In this document: positions 9,744 to 20,895 of the stretch, one piece after another | Numbering within the stretch: the first letter of the stretch is position 1 | Layout of the letters: each line of letters starts with the position of its first letter | DNA from: an uncultured Methanoregulaceae archaeon | Lineage (GTDB): Archaea > Halobacteriota > Methanomicrobia > Methanomicrobiales > Methanospirillaceae | Length of the DNA: 64,000 nucleotides | NCBI GenBank assembly: GCA_963717525.1 | Contig: OY970343.1 | Span: forward strand, 704,001-768,000 | Direction: 5' to 3' | Position numbers and translations under genes: made by a program | Notes under the pieces: model-generated | The model's input: the letters and a program-made list of their open reading frames with translations, nothing else | What the model was told of the DNA's origin: nothing | The model's database searches: none

Positions 9744-12700
9744 TCACCACGGGTAGTAATTTTTATAGACATCATTATCAGACAATTGCCCTACCTTGTC
9801 GATATCTTCTTTGGAAGTTGGTTTCTGGTTGATGACTTTGATGACCTGGCTTCCACTGAAGAGCGCGTTTCCTCCGGTCTGGTCGATGACTCCGTCAACT
9901 TCCATAGTGACCTTGTTACCCGGGGAGACACCCACGAGGGCATTCCGCTGGAAGATAGCGACAAAGACCGACGGGAACAATTTGGTCCTCACAAGCCGGG
10001 TTGCCGGCGCGCCGTCGCAGTATACCGAGGTCGGGTCCACGTTCGCGGCCTGATAGCCTTTCGGCAGGAGGACGAACGCCACGAAGTACCCGTTGGTGTC
10101 CGCGAGGTTCAGCGGGTTTGGCAGGATCAGGTCCGTAGTCATAACAGTCTTCATCGGAGTGAGCGTGAAGGCAAGATTATACGTCCTGTCCAGTCCCGGA
10201 CTGTACGATGCGATCGTTACCGATTGAACAGCCGAGGTCTGGTAGCCATCTTCTGAGACGTAGACCTTGTGCGGTCCCGGCATGATATGGGTGTCAGAGG
10301 GTGTCAACCCAATGTTATTCCCGTCAATGAAGACGTTGGCCCCTTCTGGATTGGAATTAACGATAATCTCACCATACGGCGTATTGTCACCGTTAATGAC
10401 AGGGCTCAGCGGTACCGACGAAATAATAGTCCTTCCTGCAGTAACCTTAACCGAAGCAGAGTTGGGGTAATAGCCGTTTGCCGATAGCTGCACAAGGTAG
10501 GTAAGAGCGGGTTCGCCACTGAATGTTTTGGGTGTAACCGGGAGCGGGTTCATCGTATCCGTGATACCAGTGATTGAGATTTGAGCTCCCGTCACATTGG
10601 AGTTAACCGTCAGGGTTCCGGTCGCTTGAGTCGTCACCCCGCTGATGCTAAAGGTCGGGCTGGTTCCCATCACTGGCGGCGTAACACCGGTAGTGCTTAC
10701 CTGGACATAATAATCGGTCGCGGCACCTAATGGCATGCTTGATGGAACAGTATAGGAAACAGTACCCGTGGTTGCAGATACTGTTCCCGAGATGGATGCC
10801 TGGACCGCCGAACTGCTTTTCTTCATCAGGTTAACAACCACATTGGTTCCCGTCGGCAGATTTGCCTGAGTCCATGTGATTGTCTGCACTCCCGGGGTCC
10901 ATACAGTACTTGCGGTGGGCGTATTCACAGTAATAGACTGGGTAGTGGTGGTATAGGCGCTGAGGAACTGGTTTACCCCGAATGGTGTACCCGATCCGGA
11001 AGAGGCGGAAAGTTGCGGAGTCTCAACCCCTGCTGTTGCTGCGGGATCGGTTGTCGTTGCATAGGTAAAGGCCTCATTCATCGAAACTTTTCCATCTGCA
11101 GGATTAACATCAGCAGCATAGATGGGATTTCCAGCTGAATCAGCCCAATTGACCCCGCTGATCCACGGGTAGGAGAAATAATTTGAATTGGATGACTGAT
11201 CTCCGTTTGCCGCGGTTTCGATCACTCTGGTCTGTGTACCTGCGCTACTTATGAACGGGCCGACAAACCCCCCGCCGTAACATTGTTCCATCATCACCGT
11301 GATGTTTCCGACATTCATTGGCAATAAACTGTCAAATTGAGCTGGTGTAATCTGATCCGGACTCCAGAGATAGAGCCAGACATTGTTGTTGGTTTTTGGC
11401 GATTGTTCCACGCCATCCCATCCGCCATGGCCGGTGGTGAATATGAACAGGCTGTCGCTTGATCCCAGTTTACTGTATTTAGTGGTGAGAATGCTTTTCA
11501 CATTTGCATAGGTGGCAGCACCATATACCTCATTTACTGTACCACTGTCAAATATATTGGGGGATGTTCCCATAATGGGGGCATAGGTGGGTGCCGGGCC
11601 GTTACTGATGACCTGATCATTGGTAGTACTGGATCCATCGGATAACAGCACGGTGATGTGATCTTTTGGATAGTGGTAGGTCTGGTTCAGGGATGTGTAC
11701 ATGAACTTGATATCATTGTAATACCGGGCATAGTTGTAGGTCGGCGAGATAGCACCGGATATGAGAAGCGCATAATTATGAGTGCCGTCAGAGGGTAGAG
11801 GAGTGGGATCATTACCAATCGTTCCTATACTGGTTACTCCGCCAACATTCGGCATCTTTCCGCTGTTCCATGTGAACTGGATGTTGGTTGCTGGCGCATT
11901 GTCGGTATAGGTACCAGCAACACTCAGGTCATTCGCATTCAGGTAGTAATACTTGAGGGGATGTTCCCAGTTTGCGTTCGGTTGTTGGTCAACATAGACA
12001 AGGTATCCGGGAGGTACTGGGTAACGTGATTGTTTTCCCATTGAAGTCGGTAATAACTGTGTTCCCTGGTTCCAGAACCGGGGTATAGAATGCTTCTTTG
12101 GTGGTATCGTGACCAGATCCGGATTCTGCGGTTTGGACTGTGTTTACCGCTTGTTGGATGGGGGTACCATAAGAGAACTGGTCGGCCGGCGAAGGTGCAG
12201 ATGTGCCAATGGTGGCATTGGTGACAGTAACGTCTACAGTTCCGGTTGTGCCGGGCGGGGAGGTTGCTGTGATTTGAGTGGCGCTGTTGACAACCACGTT
12301 GGTAGCACTGTTGGTGCTAAAGTTTACAGTGAGTGGTTGCCAGTTAAAGTTTGTGCCGGTGATGGTTACCACCGTGCCACCGCCAGTCGAACCGGATGTA
12401 GGTGAGATAGCGGTGACTGTCGGTGGTGGAAGGTAGGTGTATTGATCTTCTGGTGGATTCAGTAAGGATGTGCCAAGTGGTGTAGTGACGTTGACATTAA
12501 CGGTCCCGGCTGAAGCGGCCGGGACGGTAGCAGTTATATAAGTATCACCGTTGATAATGAATGAGGTTGCCGCAGTTCCGCCAAAGCCTACTAGAGTTGC
12601 CCCGGTAAAGCCACTACCTGAAATGGTTACTGTGTTGCCCCCGGCGAGCGGGCCGCCGTTGGGAAAGATGCTGGATACAACCGGGGCTGATCCCACATAC

Positions 12701-13863
12701 GTGAACTTGTCGGCTGATGAAGTTGCAGATGTGCCAATGGTGGCATTAGTGACAGTAACGTCCACAGTTCCGGTTCCTGGCGGGACATTCACAGTTATGG
12801 TATTATCGTCAACAACATTGAGATTTGTCGCTGGGCTATCCTCACCAAAGTCAACCTCTGACGCACCTATAAAACCGCTACCCTCAATAGTCACTAATGT
12901 GCCAGCAGTACCGGAGTTCGGGGAGATGGAGTCGACAACCGGGGTTCCCGGAACTAATACCTGGAAGGCACCAGGTGCAGTGCATTCCCCACCATCAGGG
13001 TTGTAAATAACTACGTCGAAAGCATCTATATATGAATAATCCCCGGGAATAACTATATTACCCGTTATCGTCGTGCCGTCACTTGATACTACTGGGTTTT
13101 GGAGAGAGAGGTCCCCGCCATCGTCATATTGTAGCCACACGGTAGCACCATTTTGGAAGTTGGCGCCATTGATGGTCACCGGGACTGTTGTTCCAGTGTA
13201 ACCGCTCGCCGGTGAAATGGAAGTGATAACCGGTCCTGGAGTTACGGTGAACGCTCCTGGAGCAGTCACAGACTGTCCATCGGCGTTCGTAATCGTTACG
13301 TCAAAGGGCCCGGTCGTTGAGCCAGATGGTAATGAGGTTTGTACAATAGAGGGCGCACAAGTTACGGATGTAGTTGATCCACTGCCGAAGCAACTAAAGG
13401 TTGAAGCACCATTAGTAAATGTCACAGTTGGGTATCCTGAGTTTGTACCTGTGATGGTCAAAGTTGGATATCCACCACCCGGACCCTGGTTCGGCGCTAT
13501 GCTCGTGAAAGTCGGGGGTCCGATATAAGTAAATTGATCGGCTGAAGACGTTGCACTGATACCATTGGATGTTGTGACCGTTATGTCAACTGTTCCGGAT
13601 CCAGCAGGAGATATCGCGGTCATGTCATTATCATCACTAAATGTGAAAGATTGTGCATTGGTGCCGCCAAATTTTACTGCGGTCACACCGGTAAAACCAC
13701 TACCAGAAATGTAAACTGAGGTTCCACCCGCAAGTGGACCAAGGGAAGGATAGATGAATGTTACGGTTGGGGGGGGACCCGTTGCGTATACTGTTCCGAC
13801 TGCGATACAAAGAAACAGGAGAAAGACTCCTGCGACTATCAACTTTAGACTTCTAGTCTTCAT
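9744..13863 (-). CDS. Secreted multidomain protein (about 1370 aa): signal peptide, about six IPT/TIG-like repeats, C13/caspase-fold peptidase, PEGA domain(s), C-terminal beta domain; split by one extra base near 12010
   Basis: Signal peptide MKTRSLKLIVAGVFLLFLCIAVGTVYA. Repeated ISPxSG..GGT.VTI.G..F units. TTGHGG and MEQCYGGGF catalytic-dyad motifs. PEGA VNSNPEGANVFIDG. Removing one C from acc-tccc-gga joins the two ORFs (TITLPSTSGYLVYVD). Confidence 0.8.
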
Positions 13864-14385
13864 TCCCTTTCCCTCACAGAATTTAATAATTTTATAGCAA
13901 TCGAGTTCATCTGAATTGTTATTATATTAATTAATCGATTTGAATTAGTAAATTTCACCATTTTTTATATTGAGTTATATTTAGATATTTTCGTTTTTTT
14001 ATAATGAGTAATATTGAGATCACGTTTTTTTTGCAGGAAAGACAGTTCTGCTCGGGAAAATAAACCTAAATCTGCTCTTATCGCTCCGCAAACCAACCCT
14101 CCCTGAATTGAGTAACAGCCTTTTCGAATAAAAGGGGGAAGGTCCTTGCCGGTATGCCTTTTTGTGCGCGCGATATCAGTCTGTGCCGCGAGCAGGAATA
14201 TTTTCCACCAGGTTTGTACCATCGGAACGACGGCTATCTGAGTATATTTCGAAATGCCTGATTACCTGGCTTCAGCTTCTACCCGTACCAGCAGGGGATT
14301 CTTAAAAACCGAGCAAGATTGGGTAAAATCCTTTCAAAACATATTTAAAATCTCGTATTATAACAATGGAATATATGGGTGCGTT

Positions 14386-16923
14386 ATGATAGAGAGACCT
14401 ATAATAATCCCAGCTCTTTTGTTGATTCTCATAATGGCTTTTCTGGCTGTACCGGTGTCGGCAGGACTCCTTGTCGAAGGTGGGTCATCGATAACGACGT
14501 CGTATGGATCTACGACATTTAATTTTACAATTATGAATACTAAAATTCCTAAAGATGGTACTATCACCATCGACGTCTCAACTTTGGATCAACCAGCGGG
14601 GTCTTCACTATTAGATGGCACCAATCCCTTCAGCGAGTGGTATGGTAATTTCACAACCGCTAATGTTGAAGTAACAAACAATGGACCCGCAACGTGGACG
14701 GCTACAGTAGATCCGACTTACTCGACCCTCACGCTGACATCAACCGGTGCGGATACTCCGGTGAATGATTACGTGAATGTAACCTTCATTGGGGTTAAGG
14801 GGAGTCCCTGGACCGTTGATTCTTTTGGGGGGGATATCCCCCTTTTTCTGATTGCAACTAGAACCGATGATTCATCCACAGCACCCTTAAACTTCGATAT
14901 CGACACGGTACCGGGGACTCTTTCTGTTGTAAACGGTCCGGTAATTTCGACTCCTTCCGGATCTACGTGGGCTAATTTTACCATCACAGGAAATGATATC
15001 GATCAGGGCGATAACATCTCCATCCCCCTAGGTGGTCTGACCCCAGTCATAGCCGGGGGAGAACCCCTAACAAACGCCAACGTACAGGTAACAAATACCG
15101 GACTGGCCACATGGACGGGTCAAATCAGTGGTAAAACCCTGAACCTCACGGCAAACACTAACTTTGCGGCTGTCGGCGATACGGTAAACGTGACATTCAT
15201 CGGCGGAGCATCAGGTGCACCCCACTGGCTTGATAATTCGGATGGACAACAGAATATCTTATTGACTGCAACCAGAGTGGATTCAAGGCCCGATTCACTT
15301 AACCCTCCTAATCCAAGCGTTAATTTCAACTTCGATATTAATACAATTCCTCCTTCCAATGTAGCAAATACCACGATCAACGGGTTGACCATTACCAATT
15401 GCAATGGTCCACAGTCACTCAGCGTTGACACATCCATTGTGCCATCAGCCGCGTTAATCCCCAACAGCTCTGTGCTGCAAATCCAGCCAGTGAACAGTGG
15501 TTTTAAGACGATTACGTTTTATTCCCGGAGTGGTTTTTCCCAAAATGGTAACCTGATCACCGGAGCAATTTCCGGCGTCAATCTGGTTTCGAAAGAGATA
15601 ACGCCAGTGTCAGGGTTTTCAACCGGCATCGGGCCGCAGGCTTCGTTTAACTATAGTATTTTCCTTTCGGCTTATCCCTGTGCTGCGACGCTGAGCACGC
15701 AAATCTGGGAAGGCGCATTAAGTGGGGATACTAATACGTTCTTCCAGATTGTGAATAATAATGGAAATAAAGCCTCTCTTATAGGCACAGCCTATGAAAC
15801 AAAGATCGTCAAGACCAATTTCCCCACTCCTGATACAGTGAAGATCCATATGAGTGTCAATTCAAGCTGGATCTCATCGTTACCGGGTGCTAATCACATC
15901 TATATTGGACGTATTCCTGACAGCGGAACAGGAAGTGTACTCAATACAAGTTTCCTGTACTATGACCCCGTGAAAAACCTTGACTATTTTGAGGCTGATT
16001 CTCCGGGAGGACTTTCAACATTTGGTTTGTTGGCCCTTGGACCAAATAACAATGTTTTCCAGATCATAACGCTCGCCATCGTAAACCAGGTAAGCTACCT
16101 GGCCCCGGCCGCCCAGGCTGCCCCAGCGGCCCCGGCAGCCGCTGCTCCGGCAGGCCAGTCATATGTGGGATCGGCATCCAGCGCCTCAACACAGTATCCC
16201 CAGTTCACCCCCATGGTGACCGCGGCCCCGACGACCCCTGCGCCGCCCGACCCCGGCCAGACAGCAAAAATCAATTCCAATGCAAACGGTGTGATTACCC
16301 AGGCGGCAACATTAGTCTCAACCGATAAGCGCGCGACCCTTATTCTCGGTGAAGGGGTCACCGCAAAAGACAGTGCGGGCCATCCGCTCTCTTCGATAAC
16401 CATAAAAGCCATTCCGGAAGGCGACCTGCCGTCCACTTCCCCGGGAACGGATTTCTCTTTTGCAGGCATGGCATACGAAATCACTCCCGATGGTGCGACA
16501 TTCTCACCTTCATTGGCACTCTCGTTTGTTGTCCCTCTCAATGCTCCGATAGGGGAAGAGCTTACCATTAAAGAGTATGACCAGGCAACCGGGACGTGGC
16601 AGGATCTCCCTACCCAGCATGATCCTTCAACAGGGAAATTGACGACAAGTATCTCTCACTTCTGTTGTTTCGCCATTTTCGCCAAATCAACGGCACCCGC
16701 CGCGCAATCTGCATTCCTGACCCCGGCTCCGACGGCAAATACGAACGCGGTTACCCCTCCTCCGCCTGCTAATGCAATGTCAGCCTTTATCGGGATGATG
16801 TTCTGGATCGCAACCCTGATAGCACAAAATCTTATAATCTTTGCAGGAATCGTTATAATTGCAGTGGCTGTTATCCTGTATGCCCGGAAACGGCGAATCG
16901 ATCGACGGCTGGGTGGCATCTGA
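14386..16923 (+). CDS. Large membrane-anchored cell-surface protein (two ~150-aa N-terminal repeats, PGF-pre-PGF-like domain, C-terminal TM and basic tail)
   Basis: Signal peptide at ATG 14386. Duplicated ANV.VTN.G.ATWT...VNVTFIG...ATR.D...NFDI units. YFEADSPGGLSTFG. Ala/Pro linkers, a TM helix, then RKRRIDRR. Confidence 0.75.
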   Translation: MIERPIIIPALLLILIMAFLAVPVSAGLLVEGGSSITTSYGSTTFNFTIMNTKIPKDGTITIDVSTLDQPAGSSLLDGTNPFSEWYGNFTTANVEVTNNGPATWTATVDPTYSTLTLTSTGADTPVNDYVNVTFIGVKGSPWTVDSFGGDIPLFLIATRTDDSSTAPLNFDIDTVPGTLSVVNGPVISTPSGSTWANFTITGNDIDQGDNISIPLGGLTPVIAGGEPLTNANVQVTNTGLATWTGQISGKTLNLTANTNFAAVGDTVNVTFIGGASGAPHWLDNSDGQQNILLTATRVDSRPDSLNPPNPSVNFNFDINTIPPSNVANTTINGLTITNCNGPQSLSVDTSIVPSAALIPNSSVLQIQPVNSGFKTITFYSRSGFSQNGNLITGAISGVNLVSKEITPVSGFSTGIGPQASFNYSIFLSAYPCAATLSTQIWEGALSGDTNTFFQIVNNNGNKASLIGTAYETKIVKTNFPTPDTVKIHMSVNSSWISSLPGANHIYIGRIPDSGTGSVLNTSFLYYDPVKNLDYFEADSPGGLSTFGLLALGPNNNVFQIITLAIVNQVSYLAPAAQAAPAAPAAAAPAGQSYVGSASSASTQYPQFTPMVTAAPTTPAPPDPGQTAKINSNANGVITQAATLVSTDKRATLILGEGVTAKDSAGHPLSSITIKAIPEGDLPSTSPGTDFSFAGMAYEITPDGATFSPSLALSFVVPLNAPIGEELTIKEYDQATGTWQDLPTQHDPSTGKLTTSISHFCCFAIFAKSTAPAAQSAFLTPAPTANTNAVTPPPPANAMSAFIGMMFWIATLIAQNLIIFAGIVIIAVAVILYARKRRIDRRLGGI

Positions 16924-17011
16924 ATATTTTTTAAGCCACACGGACAGCCAGCGGGCAGGCAATTATAATCCCATCACATTACCGTTGAGAGACGATGCGA
17001 AATAACCGATC

Positions 17012-17755
17012 ATGACACTCACCAGTTTCACGATGGAGCATCCCTATCTCGACGCTTTCGTGTTCCTGCTGATCTTTGTTCTCGTACTCATCACCTTTGC
17101 TGTCGCAAACATCCTCCTCGCGACAGGGATTCTCGAACAGGTTGCCATCGTAGATCTTATTCTTGCCATCGTCGGGCTCTTCCTGGTCAAACGCCTCGGC
17201 TGGTGGGAGAAAGCAGGGTACAACACGGGAATCCGGCTGTCATATGTTCCCCTTTTTATCCTGCCCTGTGCAGTAGCCCTGACCTCGCTCGCGGAGGGCA
17301 TCAGGGTGACCGCAGCCCTCGAGATCTTCACCTTCGCAGTCCTGACTATTGTTATCGCACTTGCGGAGGAGACTTTTTTCCGTGGCCTGATATTTACTGC
17401 TCTTCTTCCTGCAGGGACATTTCGGGCGGTCATTATCAGCTCTTTCCTTTTTGCGGCGCTCCATCTCCTCAATATAAGCGGTGGCACATGGGATCTGTTC
17501 TACACGGTCACGGATACCATCGCAGCTTTTGGTCTCGGGATCACCTATGCCGCAATCCGGTTACGGACAGGGAGTATCTGGCCCCTTGTCGGCATTCACG
17601 CACTCTTTGATTTTACCCTGATTCTTTCCCTGGGGGGGATCAATGTTTCAGCGCAATCACTGCAGGTCCTGCTCACGTCAGTTGTTATCGGCATTGTCTT
17701 TATACTATATGGGTTGTTTCTCCTCCGGGCGAAGGGAACAGAGCCATTGCGATGA
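17012..17755 (+). CDS. CPBP (Abi/CAAX protease) family intramembrane metalloprotease
   Basis: EETFFRG, FAALH and GSIWPLVGIHALFD motifs in a multi-TM protein. Confidence 0.9.
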   Translation: MTLTSFTMEHPYLDAFVFLLIFVLVLITFAVANILLATGILEQVAIVDLILAIVGLFLVKRLGWWEKAGYNTGIRLSYVPLFILPCAVALTSLAEGIRVTAALEIFTFAVLTIVIALAEETFFRGLIFTALLPAGTFRAVIISSFLFAALHLLNISGGTWDLFYTVTDTIAAFGLGITYAAIRLRTGSIWPLVGIHALFDFTLILSLGGINVSAQSLQVLLTSVVIGIVFILYGLFLLRAKGTEPLR

Positions 17756-17920
17756 CCTGTGAAAACGTGCGCTTGTCTGCCGGCAGTCAAAATAACCCGG
17801 CATCAGGGATTTTTTTATAAAGGGCAGTTTTGAGAGGGATTTAACCTCCTGGAAAAAGATTTCCCCCGCACCAGATCCAGTGGTTATAGCCTCTCGCGTT
17901 CTGGAGACCGTATGGTATGC

Positions 17921-18280
17921 GGGGGAGGGGGGTGACCCCTGTTGCCCCGGGATATGGGTAGGGGGTACCCCCCCAGTTAAAAAAAAGAAAGGAGGGGGGT
18001 GGGGATCACCCCCCTCCCCCCTTGGCCGCAAACGGCTCTTTCCCTGCATGGCCGTACCCGGTATTTCGCGTGGAATCTCCGGCGTGAGATGTAGCACCAA
18101 CAGGTTTTTTTGGGAATATGGTGAAGGACCGGCACGGGTCTGATGGGGGGAGGGTACCCCCCGGTTACGATCCTGAGAGGGGAGGGGGATGACCCCCTGT
18201 TGCTCCGGCACATGGGTGGGGGGTACCCCCCGGTTAAAAAAAAAGAAGGTAGGGGGGTGGGGATCACCCCCCTCCCTCTT
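17921..18280. repeat. Two diverged direct copies (about 17921-18021 and 18177-18280) of a ~100-bp G/C-run element with inverted termini and a central GGGGGTACCCCC palindrome
   Basis: Copy 1 starts GGGGGAGGGGGGTGACCCC and ends GGGGATCACCCCCCTCCCCC. Both copies share CTGTTGC..GG, GGGGGTACCCCC, GTTAAAAAAAAGAA and GGGGGGTGGGGATCACCCCCCTCCC. Confidence 0.85.
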
Positions 18281-18414
18281 TTATCCGGGCAGACCCGGTT
18301 ATTGAGAGATCAGATCCGCAATGTGTCAGGGATGAGGGCCGGTCCGAGCCCGGATTTAGAAGAGGGAACGTTATATTGGGGAATAGTATATCTCCTCTTC
18401 CAATTACAAAAAAA

Positions 18415-18853
18415 TCAGAGAGTCTTGTCGAGGATGACCTGCTGCGATCCATCCGAGAAGAGAGCGATGCCGAGAACCCGGTCCTTTCCGGAGTCCGGTG
18501 CAGCGAGCATCGCGTTTGCACCCACGGAAAGGATGCCGCCGCTCGACGGGTGATCCTGAATGCCGGCCGTCACGCTCGATCCACTGATCCAGGTAGCCGG
18601 CGCCCCGCCGTTTACGGTCCAGTTGATCCCGACAACTGATTTGCTATTCTGGCCGCCGACAAAGGTGACAGTCACGTACGATCCGTTCACGCGGCTGATG
18701 GTCGATGTCGCAATCTTGCCTTTTTGCATGTTTCCCGTCATGCCCATAACAAACGCGACGATGACCGCTGCAAGGAGCACGGTGATCGCAACCAGCAGGA
18801 TCTGTACTCACCACTTCAGAGATAGCATCATCATTCTTTTTGCATTTTATCAA
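18415..18853 (-). CDS. Archaeal type IV pilin (DUF1628-type), frameshift near 18803
   Basis: Class III signal KKNDDAISEVVS, then in a shifted frame ILLVAITVLLAAVIVAFVMG. C-terminal FSDGSQQVILDKTL. Confidence 0.8.
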
Positions 18854-19095
18854 AAATATCACGCACCGGACACCTTTTCCCTGACCGGGCAAAGTGTTTT
18901 TTATATATATGGAACCATAGGGATTGATAAGTGTTGTTTAGCGATGTCAGTTTTGATTTATATTTCCGGGATCATTACACGGTTGTTTTCGGTTTTCTGT
19001 GACTCTGCGTAGAAATATGTATGAAGATCCGGCCTCTCGCGCGGATGCCGAAACATGCACACTTAAATGGCCTTGAACATACACCTCAGGCAAGC

Positions 19096-19749
19096 ATGAA
19101 GATCGCCATATTTCAGCACGCCGCATCAGAGCCTGCCGGGTATTTCGAAACGGTCTTTTCCGAACATAAAATCCCGCATGAATACATCCGCCTCTACGAA
19201 ACCAATGAAGTGCCGGCCACTGGTGCCACCCATTTTATGTTCATGGGCGGGCCGATGAGCGTTAACGATGAGAAGGAGTTCCCGTACCTGAAAGAAGAAA
19301 AGGCCCTGATCCGGAACGCCGTGAAACGGGGCCGGCCGGTCCTTGGCATCTGCCTCGGTGCCCAACTGATCGCATCGGCGTTCGGCGCGAAAGTCTACCC
19401 GTACCGGCAGGAGACCGGATGGTGCAGGCTTATACGGGAGCCGGATCTGCCCGGCGCACTCTCCCGGTTCCCGGCACAGTTTTCGGTATTCCAGCTCCAC
19501 GGTGAAACCTTCGATCTCCCGGCCGGTGCCCACCTGCTCTGCACCGGTGATATCGTAAAGCACCAGGCATTTGTATACAAAACAACCCTTGCCCTCCAGT
19601 TCCATCTTGAGCTCACCGACGCGATCATCAGCGAATGGACACAGGACATGGAGCCAGCAACACGGGAGGCAATACTCAGGGAAACCCCCCAATACCTTAC
19701 GGAAAGCAACCGGCTCTGCCGGATAATTGCCGAATATTTTATCGCGTAA
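19096..19749 (+). CDS. Type 1 glutamine amidotransferase (GMP synthase-like, stand-alone)
   Basis: MGGPMSV, LGICLGAQL, HGETFDLP and LQFHLE catalytic motifs. Confidence 0.9.
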   Translation: MKIAIFQHAASEPAGYFETVFSEHKIPHEYIRLYETNEVPATGATHFMFMGGPMSVNDEKEFPYLKEEKALIRNAVKRGRPVLGICLGAQLIASAFGAKVYPYRQETGWCRLIREPDLPGALSRFPAQFSVFQLHGETFDLPAGAHLLCTGDIVKHQAFVYKTTLALQFHLELTDAIISEWTQDMEPATREAILRETPQYLTESNRLCRIIAEYFIA

Positions 19750-19788
19750 AGCAAAAGTGAAAACGGGCGGCTTTACCCGTCACATTTT

Positions 19789-20895
19789 TCAGGTAAATTC
19801 TCGTGCCGGATCCAGCTGGATCTCATGCGGCAGCCGGGCCAGCGCAACAGCCCCGAGCGCCCCGATCACCCCGTTGCCGCCAAAAAGCACAGCGCCGGAT
19901 TGCCGTGCTGCCTCGTCTGCCTCAGCCCGGCTGACCTCCTCTTCCCTCACCCTTCTCCCGTACTCCCTCAAGCCTGCAGGAACCGTCATACCCCCCAGAA
20001 ACGCAAGCCCCCATTCTGGCGAGAGGGTCTCGTTCTCCACAAACTCGCGGCTCTTTGCCATCACCCGGTCAATCCGGGACGGGTGAACAGCTACCTCAAT
20101 ATAACTCGCCGAATTACCGGCAGTCTTGTTCTCTATTTTCTCGTTGAGCATCACGACATGGTGGCTGATGGGGAGTACGGCCCTCCCCACCGAGATCTGC
20201 CTCAGCAGCGCAAGAGCGAGGGCAAACGTCGCACCCCCTTCCTTCGAATCGGTATCATCCACACCGATGGTGAGGTGGGTGAGTGCCTGTGTCCAGACGT
20301 TGCCTTCCACGATCCCCCCGGCATGGTCGAGTTCGACGCGGACAACCCCTTCCGCCCGTGACATCATGTCGGTAAGCGAGTACGCCGGGCCGCCGATGCA
20401 GCGGATCCGCTGGACGATATGATCCCCCACGTACCTGACGCCGGAGATCCCCACCGCGGAATGGGGAGGAAGCCCGATGGAGACCGGGGCGTCGCCGATC
20501 CGGGCACACTCACGCAGGAGCGTCCCGTCGCGCTCCACAGCTGTCACCACGCCCCCCGCATGGGAGTGATGGTACCCGCAGAACGCCGCACAGGCCCCGC
20601 TCATGCAGTCATGGAAGACCTCGACCTGTTCCCCGTCCGTGGTGGTAAAGATCCTCCGGCAGGTACTCTCTGGGATGGCAGAAAGCGCAGCGTACCGGGC
20701 GGCTGCTCTCCCTGACTTCTCTTTTTTTACAAGGACGCACCCTTCCCGGACGAGCCTTGTAACCCAGTCCTGAGCCGTGCTCCTCGGGATACCCGCCGCC
20801 TTCTGGATGTCTGTCACTGTAAAAAAACCGGCATCCTGCGTGAACTGGCGCATCAGGCGCAGGTATTCCCGCCGGTGTTCAAGCACGCTTGCCAT
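19789..20895 (-). CDS. HTH protein fused to a methanogenesis marker 11/TiaS-N-like (DUF1743-like) domain
   Basis: N-terminal wHTH (FTVTDIQKAAGIPRSTAQDWVTRL). Later IGVDDTDSKEGGATFALA, KTAGNSAS and GNGVIGALGA resemble TiaS/Mmp11. Confidence 0.65.
   Translation of the reverse strand: MASVLEHRREYLRLMRQFTQDAGFFTVTDIQKAAGIPRSTAQDWVTRLVREGCVLVKKEKSGRAAARYAALSAIPESTCRRIFTTTDGEQVEVFHDCMSGACAAFCGYHHSHAGGVVTAVERDGTLLRECARIGDAPVSIGLPPHSAVGISGVRYVGDHIVQRIRCIGGPAYSLTDMMSRAEGVVRVELDHAGGIVEGNVWTQALTHLTIGVDDTDSKEGGATFALALALLRQISVGRAVLPISHHVVMLNEKIENKTAGNSASYIEVAVHPSRIDRVMAKSREFVENETLSPEWGLAFLGGMTVPAGLREYGRRVREEEVSRAEADEAARQSGAVLFGGNGVIGALGAVALARLPHEIQLDPAREFT

Noticed and set aside
17705..18553. ORFs spanning the G/C repeat (17705-18211, 17880-18143, 18143-18553)
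   Set aside because: These are low-complexity Gly/Pro translations of the repeat or antisense to the pilin, with no protein features.
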